From the IMG/VR virus record IMGVR_UViG_3300042924_005659: a stretch of DNA of 64,000 nt. One strand, given 5' to 3'. Of this stretch, positions 18,376 through 25,176 are shown in pieces (position 1 is the stretch's first letter; the number at the start of each line of letters is the position of its first letter). Position numbers and translations under genes: made by a program. A model generated the notes under the pieces. The model did no database searches. It saw only the letters and a list, made by a program, of their open reading frames with translations, and was not told where the DNA came from. This stretch comes from a virus.

Positions 18376-18933
18376 TTAGATTATCGTGAGCTCGTGTCCC
18401 GAGGAGACCTGCATAGCAAATGCTTTTGCGGCAAGCTTCTTGCCCTCTTCCGGCAATTCTCTACCTGCTGGTATTTCTTCTAAGGCTTTTTCAGCATTAT
18501 AGTTATTTGCGGTGAGGCGCACGACCTTGCCTGCCCCATCAGTATCCTCAAAGCCGAAAAAGTAAATTGCCTGGCAGCAGTTCTTCATCTCTGCGCAGAT
18601 GTGCTGTCTGGCCTTTGGGCTCATGCTGTCGCAGCAGAGCAGAACGGTATTTCCGTTTATCTTGGAGGTCAGGCTTTCCAATGTGTCGTCGTCTAAACGC
18701 ATTTTCTTGGAAATTTTTGCCTTTGGGTTTATCTCCTTGATTGCGTCAGCAGTGGCATCCGTTCGATACTGGCCCACGTCAATGTCCAGGTATCCCGAGG
18801 TTACGCACTTGGCAGACACCTTTTTATCGTCCACCAAAGTCACGGAGCCCAGCTCGCTAACCGAAATCAATCCTGCTAAAGTTCGACCTATAGAGTTAAG
18901 GCCGACTACTACAAACTCGACTTGCTCATTCAT
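18376..18933 (-). CDS. ThiF/MoeB/E1-fold protein, probably catalytically degenerate
   Basis: VVVGLNSIG..GSVTLVDD..DVGQYRTDATADAIKEINP..LLCCD follows the ThiF pattern but lacks GxGxxG, SNLNRQ and CxxC. Confidence 0.75.
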   Translation of the reverse strand: MNEQVEFVVVGLNSIGRTLAGLISVSELGSVTLVDDKKVSAKCVTSGYLDIDVGQYRTDATADAIKEINPKAKISKKMRLDDDTLESLTSKINGNTVLLCCDSMSPKARQHICAEMKNCCQAIYFFGFEDTDGAGKVVRLTANNYNAEKALEEIPAGRELPEEGKKLAAKAFAMQVSSGHELTII

Positions 18934-19814
18934 GGTTGTTTTTCTCTTGCTAACAAGAACCGCTTAACTAATCCTGATTGTAGCACTCGAAGCTTTTCTT
19001 CAAACTCTGCAGCTTCCGTTTTGCTTAAGAGGCTTATGGCTTTGTTGGATTTTTCCGAAGCCTCACTGTTGTTTAAAAGTTCTTTTAAACAAGCTATGTC
19101 CACTTTGGACAAAGTCACTGCATTTAAAACATAATCTTCAAATGCCTGCATAGTCACAGGGACCAGCGGAGCAATCAGGCTATGGCAGGCTTTTGCAAAG
19201 TCTTGAATTTCTTTTTGAGCATGCGAATCCATTCGCAGCTTCAAAAAGTTTAAAAGATTATGCAGGTCTATCTTCCAGTAGAACTCAGTGTACATGTTTT
19301 GAGGCAAGATCATTCGTGCTTGCTCTCTAGCCACGCCTGCATTCAAAGCCTCGGTATAGGCGCCATAAGCCTGCTTATAGAGCAGCTTCATCTCGTCTAC
19401 AAAGGCACTTGCCTCATTACCAGGAAAGTCAAGCAGGTCGGAGCCCTGCTTATTTACGTAGGATTGAGTGCGAATGTCTGTGACCTTGGGAATGGCGCAG
19501 GCATCAGGAACTGCAGAATACCGAGCACTGTATTCATTAATGCTGGCCATTCTGTGTCTCATCCATTGCCTAGCCACAAAGATAGGCATTTTAAGATGAA
19601 ACTTAAACTCCACCATTTCAAACGGTGAGGTATGCCTATGTCGCATCAGATAGCGAATCAAGGATTGATCGCTCTCCGGGCCCTTGCTGCCTGCACCATT
19701 GGAGGTGCGGGCAGCTTGGACTATAGCGACATCTAAAGTGCCGCTTTGCATTCCAGGCATGGTGTCTACCAGTCGTACCCAGCCAGCAGGCCCTACAGAA
19801 ATTTCATTCTTCAT
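18930..19814 (-). CDS. thyX: flavin-dependent thymidylate synthase
   Basis: RHRHTSPFE, RHRMASINEYSARY (RHR-x7-S), AREQARMILP, LRMDSHAQKEI; start re-called to MKNEISV. Confidence 0.95.
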   Translation of the reverse strand: MKNEISVGPAGWVRLVDTMPGMQSGTLDVAIVQAARTSNGAGSKGPESDQSLIRYLMRHRHTSPFEMVEFKFHLKMPIFVARQWMRHRMASINEYSARYSAVPDACAIPKVTDIRTQSYVNKQGSDLLDFPGNEASAFVDEMKLLYKQAYGAYTEALNAGVAREQARMILPQNMYTEFYWKIDLHNLLNFLKLRMDSHAQKEIQDFAKACHSLIAPLVPVTMQAFEDYVLNAVTLSKVDIACLKELLNNSEASEKSNKAISLLSKTEAAEFEEKLRVLQSGLVKRFLLAREKQP

Positions 19815-19944
19815 TGGGTTCAAATACTTCTTCTGGAATTTCCGAAAGGAAGGAGTCTTGGTCGTCGACCTTATTGACAATTGGAATTAGGCTTAGCTTG
19901 AAGTCCAGGGCGTCTAGATTTATGTCTTTAAAGGGCTTTTCCAT
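19804..19944 (-). CDS. small acidic protein (~46 aa)
   Basis: ORF filling the gap; stop overlaps thyX start region. Confidence 0.45.
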   Translation of the reverse strand: MEKPFKDINLDALDFKLSLIPIVNKVDDQDSFLSEIPEEVFEPNEE

Positions 19945-19954
19945 TTCGCTTTCA

Positions 19955-20470
19955 TCATTCGTACTTAGGAAGATCGTTGTATTCGGCTGGCCAAAGTCCA
20001 CGGCGAATCATCTCCTGTCCGTGCATAATTGCATCAAGGTTAAATGCGCAATGTGCCAAATGATCCTCGTCTGTAGCACCCATCATAAACTGAATGAAGT
20101 GCCTGTTTGCCGAGGCTGCAAACACGCTCAGAGGCATGCCCTTTTCCCAGTTCCGATCTCCGTACTTTCTGGCTCCTAGTTCCATAACTCTACCACGACG
20201 CATGGTAGCGAATGGAGATAGGAGATCCGGTCTAGGCTTTCCTGCTGCGGAATCGCGCTTGGCTCCGGATCCAAAGGTGCGATTATCGTTTGCGAAGTTA
20301 AACCCGTATTGGTCTTCGTCAGTTTGTGGCTCTAGGCTTTCTGCCTCGTTTTCTGGCGGGAGTTTCTGGCGTCCCGATATGTAGCCCGCCAGTCGACCCG
20401 TTGCCTTTCCCAGGCACGTAATCTTCGGCTCTCCAGTGACTTCCGATTGTGATTCCGTCGGTGTAGACAT
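19955..20470 (-). CDS. dATP/dGTP diphosphohydrolase-like (DUF5664-type)
   Basis: GAKRD..GKPRPDLL..GARKYGDRNWEKG..RH..EDHLAHCAFN. Confidence 0.85.
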   Translation of the reverse strand: MSTPTESQSEVTGEPKITCLGKATGRLAGYISGRQKLPPENEAESLEPQTDEDQYGFNFANDNRTFGSGAKRDSAAGKPRPDLLSPFATMRRGRVMELGARKYGDRNWEKGMPLSVFAASANRHFIQFMMGATDEDHLAHCAFNLDAIMHGQEMIRRGLWPAEYNDLPKYE

Positions 20471-20891
20471 GATTTTCAGTGTCCAGTAAGTAGTACCCTA
20501 GTGCGGGAAATTCCTTGGTCAATCCGGCGATTGACCTCTTGGCAAATATAACGCCTTCTTCCCGAGTTTCAAAGTGCTTTACTGCAAGTCCGCTTTTAGA
20601 AATGTTCTCGTCTCCAACCACTAAAGCATACCGATGCTGGCCTTCAGCTGGAGTGTAGTGGAATTCTGGAGACGGGGGAGAGAACCTAAAAGGCTTGACT
20701 TCTGCTTCTTTATCTTGTTGCTTTTTGGCCCAGGTCTTGAGGAAACTTACCGGCTTGGCCTCGTAGTGCTTGGGATGTACCGTTTCGTCGGCTATGACTC
20801 TGCGTACTTCTTTTTCTTCGTCTATGAACGGAGTGTTGCCATCCATCAGGAATGAATCCATTCCTGGGATATACGCTACGTATTTTGCCAT
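20319..20891 (-). CDS. hypothetical protein (190 aa)
   Basis: Shares base 20891 with upstream ORF; basic C-tail overlaps the next gene. Confidence 0.7.
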   Translation of the reverse strand: MAKYVAYIPGMDSFLMDGNTPFIDEEKEVRRVIADETVHPKHYEAKPVSFLKTWAKKQQDKEAEVKPFRFSPPSPEFHYTPAEGQHRYALVVGDENISKSGLAVKHFETREEGVIFAKRSIAGLTKEFPALGYYLLDTENHVYTDGITIGSHWRAEDYVPGKGNGSTGGLHIGTPETPARKRGRKPRATN

Positions 20892-21106
20892 CAGGAGAAG
20901 TCTCTTAAAGGTGCGACGAAAACATTGACTAGCTTTATATGAGCAAAGGCCTTGCTCAGCAATACTTGAGCGTCGGCCTTTCTCTCGTAGGCTAGTTCTA
21001 TGTTATCGAAGATGAAGTCAGGGTGGCGTAGGTAGTCCACCAGGAAGCCGTCTTTCTCGTAGGCTATTACCCACTTGTCTGGACGTTTTCTGGGGCTTGG
21101 ACTCAT
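20891..21106 (-). CDS. hypothetical protein (~71 aa)
   Basis: Start at MSPSPRK assumed. Confidence 0.55.
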   Translation of the reverse strand: MSPSPRKRPDKWVIAYEKDGFLVDYLRHPDFIFDNIELAYERKADAQVLLSKAFAHIKLVNVFVAPLRDFS

Positions 21107-21560
21107 GGAACTCAACCTTATCTGCATGCTCTAGCAGCCACTTTGCTCTTTGTTTAAGCTGCTCTAGTCTCTCCCTGTCTACCAATACAAAATTTGAATT
21201 CTTTTTGGCAGACGTTTCAAGCTTGCAGATATCATACCCTAAATCGATGAATTCCCGAAAGTTAACTCTCGGCTCTTCGTTTAGAATATGATTTTTAAAT
21301 GCAGGTGGTCCTACCTCGATGCTGAGTATAGAAACTCCGGTAATGGTAGGAGTATCTAGCCAGCCGCAGATTTCATCGTAAAGGCAGTTTTCCAATGTAT
21401 GTTTGGCAGGGCTTTTGCTTATTGCCAAAGGACCTTGGCACTTGGGGGCATATTCTTTGAGCACGTACTGACTAAACGCAGATGCATCTGTGATTGCTGC
21501 TTTTATCGTAAATGCCAAAGAATCCCTTAGAGGAATTCGTTCTGGTTTGCTGTCATTCAT
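21018..21560 (-). CDS. hypothetical protein (180 aa)
   Basis: 4-nt overlap with upstream ORF. Confidence 0.65.
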   Translation of the reverse strand: MNDSKPERIPLRDSLAFTIKAAITDASAFSQYVLKEYAPKCQGPLAISKSPAKHTLENCLYDEICGWLDTPTITGVSILSIEVGPPAFKNHILNEEPRVNFREFIDLGYDICKLETSAKKNSNFVLVDRERLEQLKQRAKWLLEHADKVEFHESKPQKTSRQVGNSLRERRLPGGLPTPP

Positions 21561-21925
21561 TTTTTAATCTTTCTGGTAGGTGGCCTGATCCAGTCTGAAA
21601 CTCCATTAAGCTTCATTCGGAATCCTACTACCTCCAAGGGCATGGTGTCTATGGATATCTCCACAAAATCTGCATCTCGGATGTTACCTTTGATTATCTC
21701 TGCGGACTTGGTACTGAGCAGCCAAAGATAGCGCCCGTATCTATCCCCATAGTGCCAGATGTAGTCGCGACTATCATGAGCATCAGCCACAGTATCATAT
21801 GGGCCGAGAATCAATTTATCGCAATTAGGGTCTAGATCCAACATCCAAAGACCAGGATAGACTCTTGGTAATTCTTGTTTTAGGCGTTCGACGGTTTTAT
21901 CTTCCAACAGCGTCGTGTATTGCAT
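21557..21925 (-). CDS. hypothetical protein (122 aa)
   Basis: Operon-packed ORF. Confidence 0.7.
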   Translation of the reverse strand: MQYTTLLEDKTVERLKQELPRVYPGLWMLDLDPNCDKLILGPYDTVADAHDSRDYIWHYGDRYGRYLWLLSTKSAEIIKGNIRDADFVEISIDTMPLEVVGFRMKLNGVSDWIRPPTRKIKK

Positions 21926-22443
21926 TAATGTCCCGCGATTAACTCCATGAAGCCGTCCAGAGTGTCAATGACTACTCCACCGTCTCCTGAGGTTGAAGTT
22001 CTCATTAAACGAAAATAGCCATTAGGCATTTTGGTATTGAGGCCGGTATGAATGATCATATCCTGCCCTATCACCGAATTGTAAAAGGCCATTGCAGGAA
22101 TTTGCTTAGGGTCGCATTGCTCTACTTTTGCTGCAAATTCTTGCCAAAGAGGTAGTTGCGCCATCTTAGTCGGAGGTCCGAGTAGTTCGTTGATGCTCCA
22201 GCTCTGCAACCTATGCGTAGTAAGGCAGAACGGGCTCATAAGATCCTGGACCTCGGCCAGAGGCTCACTGCTCGCCTCCAGCCGAGTGGTCCAGTACTCT
22301 CGCTCCGAGCTACCCTTTTCAAACAGCCGCGTGATCAGCTTTCGGCAGATCTTATTTTCATAGACCACCTGTCGTCCTGTTTCACGCTTTTGCTTGTATT
22401 CTTCAAACGTATCGAAGAAATCGGGTTTCTCGTTTTCCTTCAT
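21925..22443 (-). CDS. hypothetical protein (172 aa)
   Basis: Directly downstream of the RecA-like gene. Confidence 0.75.
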   Translation of the reverse strand: MKENEKPDFFDTFEEYKQKRETGRQVVYENKICRKLITRLFEKGSSEREYWTTRLEASSEPLAEVQDLMSPFCLTTHRLQSWSINELLGPPTKMAQLPLWQEFAAKVEQCDPKQIPAMAFYNSVIGQDMIIHTGLNTKMPNGYFRLMRTSTSGDGGVVIDTLDGFMELIAGH

Positions 22444-22445
22444 CG

Positions 22446-23687
22446 TTACTCCTGTTCGGAGATATCTGCTTCCTTGGGAGCCTGTGCCTTGGAGTACCTA
22501 GTCTCCTCGTACACAGACTTGTCCTCGATTTGAAGCATTGGGTAAACCTTCATGCGATTGATGCCCAAGGCATCGGAAAGTCTTTCTCGCATTTCCACGT
22601 TGCGTCGAATCGCAGCACCCATCTCTGAGTCCGTAACGGCAACCAAACCCAGCTCCTTGCAGCTGTACTTGTTGCTGTTTACGGTCACGTTGACGATGTC
22701 CTTCAATCGACTCTTTACGCCAGTCGGACTATCGTCCGTAAGCAGCATGGCCGTAGCGGCATCCCAGTCAAACCAGCATTCGCCAATCTGATTGGTCTCC
22801 TCATCGCCCTTCCAGCGATAAGGAATCTCGATGTTACGCTTGCTGGCACCCATGGAATTCTTGTTTACGGTGATCTTGAGGATTTTTTCCGTAAAGCCAC
22901 GAGTCGCCTTGTAGACAGGAGTACCCTTTACGACCGAGAACCAAAGGTCAAGTACTGCATGGTAGTCTTGACCAGTACCTCCGGGCTTCCGCTTAGCACC
23001 TTGAATAGGGCTATTGGGGTCGTCCGACAAGTGATTGATGTAGACCAAGGCGTATGGCTGCATGTACAGGTGCTTGTTCACGTGCCGGAAAAACTCGTTG
23101 TGAGACTTGCACTTGATCATGCCGCCGGTATTGCGAGGATTGATGCCGCCTTCCTTTTCAATGCGGGCATCGGTCTCCTTGGTGTCAACACCGCCCAGTG
23201 AGTCAATAACGAACATCACTGGCCTGTCCTGCAGAGATGCCTCTGTGGACGAGAAACGAAGAGCGTCCAGAACCTGCTCCTGCCATTGCTCGGTGCTGAA
23301 CGCTACGTACTCCAAGGTACGTAGAGTGTTGGCAGCCCCGACGACGGCTTTGTAGAGAGCAGGACTCTTCTTGTTTTCGGTGTCGACATAGATGCACATG
23401 CCACCTAAGTCCATCCACACCTTGGCCAAGGTCATCGCAAATGCAGACTTACAGCTCTCCTTCATTCCGGCCACGCCGATAATTCTGCTCATTTGATAGC
23501 AGGTATTGTCGCAAAGCCAGCGATAGGAGAGGTGATCGCAAGGAATGCCCCATACCCGGTCGGCCAGGTCTGCCGCAAGGCAGACCTGGTCGTTACCGGC
23601 TTTCTTAGCATGGGCCATCAAAGCCTCGATCCCAGGATCGAGGTTTGAGGGGTTTTCCTTTTCTTCGTCTTTCTTCTTTTTTGCCAT
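22446..23687 (-). CDS. recA: RecA/UvsX-like recombinase
   Basis: Walker A-like GMKESCKS, YVDTE, FVIDSLG, INHL, PGGTG..Y, KITVNKN. Confidence 0.85.
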   Translation of the reverse strand: MAKKKKDEEKENPSNLDPGIEALMAHAKKAGNDQVCLAADLADRVWGIPCDHLSYRWLCDNTCYQMSRIIGVAGMKESCKSAFAMTLAKVWMDLGGMCIYVDTENKKSPALYKAVVGAANTLRTLEYVAFSTEQWQEQVLDALRFSSTEASLQDRPVMFVIDSLGGVDTKETDARIEKEGGINPRNTGGMIKCKSHNEFFRHVNKHLYMQPYALVYINHLSDDPNSPIQGAKRKPGGTGQDYHAVLDLWFSVVKGTPVYKATRGFTEKILKITVNKNSMGASKRNIEIPYRWKGDEETNQIGECWFDWDAATAMLLTDDSPTGVKSRLKDIVNVTVNSNKYSCKELGLVAVTDSEMGAAIRRNVEMRERLSDALGINRMKVYPMLQIEDKSVYEETRYSKAQAPKEADISEQE

Positions 23688-23705
23688 TGAGTTTTATTCC
23701 TTTCT

Positions 23706-25133
23706 TCAGCCGTTCTTATTGACGCTTCCCTGAAGCTTGTCCATCATGGCCTTCATCTGCGCGGAGAGGTTGGTTCCGCCAGGTGCCGGAATGCTGGGAG
23801 TTGCAGGGCTGGGAGTAGCTGAAACTGGAACAACTGGAGTCGGCGTTGCCAATCCGGGACGCTGTGCGGCTGGAGCAGCCACAGGGCGAGCGGATACTGC
23901 TGGAGCAGCAATCGGGGCTCTAGCAGGAGCAGGCACTGGAACCGGCGCCGGAGCTGCAGCAGGTGCCGGAGCTGCAGCAGGAGCTGCAAATCCGTTCATA
24001 GCCACTCGGTTGCTGCCATCAGAGATGATTCCGGCTTCGATCATCGCCCACTCATCACCGGGGAACAGCTCAAGCAGCCACTGAATCTGCAGCTTCTCGT
24101 TGTTCTCCAGGATGTAGTCGCTGAACGGACGGACCTTGGAAAGGACCTCATCGGGCAGCGAATACGCCGGGCCGAAACGATCCGCCAAGTTCTGCACCGA
24201 GCAGCTGTAGGTGGCGATGCCGGCAGGACCGGAGGCATAGCTGCTGAAGGTGACCAGCTTCTGCACAGACGCAAAGTCTCCGTGCTTGAATCCAGCCTCC
24301 CAAGCCATCTGAGCCTCCAGGCTCTGAGAGATGTCGCCGTAGGTGTCGACAACGGTCTCAGGATCCATAGGCATTCCGTCGACTCGCTCAAACCATGCGT
24401 CGTAGAAGCCTTCCTTGATACGGGCATCCTCACGAGACTTGATTGCCGAGACCTGATTGATCATCAGGATCTTGTGGCGTGGCCAGCAGGGCTGGCCGTC
24501 CTCGTCCTGCGTGTAGTTGATGCCAGCATTGCTGATGACGAAGCCCTGCAGGAACAGCGTACGAGCAGCACGACCAAGTGGAGCATTCAAATCATTTGAA
24601 TCCACCGGGACGAGTTCCAGAGCACGACGATACTTTGCCGTGCTGGTGTCGACATTGATGGTCGGAATCGAACGACGAGCCGACTTGTCGTACTTGTGAC
24701 CGCCGCCGGCCTTCCAGAGGTACTCGCGGAGCTTGTACATAGGGCTCTTGTAGCCATTGCCCCAGTCACGCTCGGTCTGCACGGTCATGCCATCAGGACC
24801 CTCGACCATGTTGATGGCCAGGATGTCCTTGCGCTTGCGCATATCCGGATCATTGCCGACCTTGCGGTAGACCATGACCCAGTCGATGCCGTACTGGCCG
24901 AGAGTCGGGACCACTCCACGCAGCTGATCCTGACGGAAGCCGCCCGAGGTCATAGCGGTGCTGGCTCCATAGGTGGGGTGGGGAGGAACGATGATGAACT
25001 CGCACGGCGCCTTGCTGGACACGTAGCCCAGGCTTGGAGCATCGTCGGTGAACATCTTCTGATAGTCTGAGCTGCGAGAGCCAGTGCCGGTCTTGCTGTC
25101 CTGATGGACAGCCTTGTTGAAGTCGAAAGCCAT
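23706..25133 (-). CDS. putative ssDNA-binding protein with Pro/Ala-rich linker
   Basis: Lies between polymerase and recombinase; aromatic-rich core; aaggaaaaac SD. Function inferred from context. Confidence 0.5.
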   Translation of the reverse strand: MAFDFNKAVHQDSKTGTGSRSSDYQKMFTDDAPSLGYVSSKAPCEFIIVPPHPTYGASTAMTSGGFRQDQLRGVVPTLGQYGIDWVMVYRKVGNDPDMRKRKDILAINMVEGPDGMTVQTERDWGNGYKSPMYKLREYLWKAGGGHKYDKSARRSIPTINVDTSTAKYRRALELVPVDSNDLNAPLGRAARTLFLQGFVISNAGINYTQDEDGQPCWPRHKILMINQVSAIKSREDARIKEGFYDAWFERVDGMPMDPETVVDTYGDISQSLEAQMAWEAGFKHGDFASVQKLVTFSSYASGPAGIATYSCSVQNLADRFGPAYSLPDEVLSKVRPFSDYILENNEKLQIQWLLELFPGDEWAMIEAGIISDGSNRVAMNGFAAPAAAPAPAAAPAPVPVPAPARAPIAAPAVSARPVAAPAAQRPGLATPTPVVPVSATPSPATPSIPAPGGTNLSAQMKAMMDKLQGSVNKNG

Positions 25134-25176
25134 TTGTGTGTTTTTCCTTAGGGTTTGTGAATAAAGAGTTTGCAGA

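Noticed and set aside
21925-22443. Possible PD-(D/E)xK resolvase fold next to recA
   Set aside because: Catalytic acidic and Lys residues cannot be placed; RuvC is already present
23800-24000. Short imperfect repeats gccggagctgcagcagg
   Set aside because: Explained by Pro/Ala codons of the protein linker
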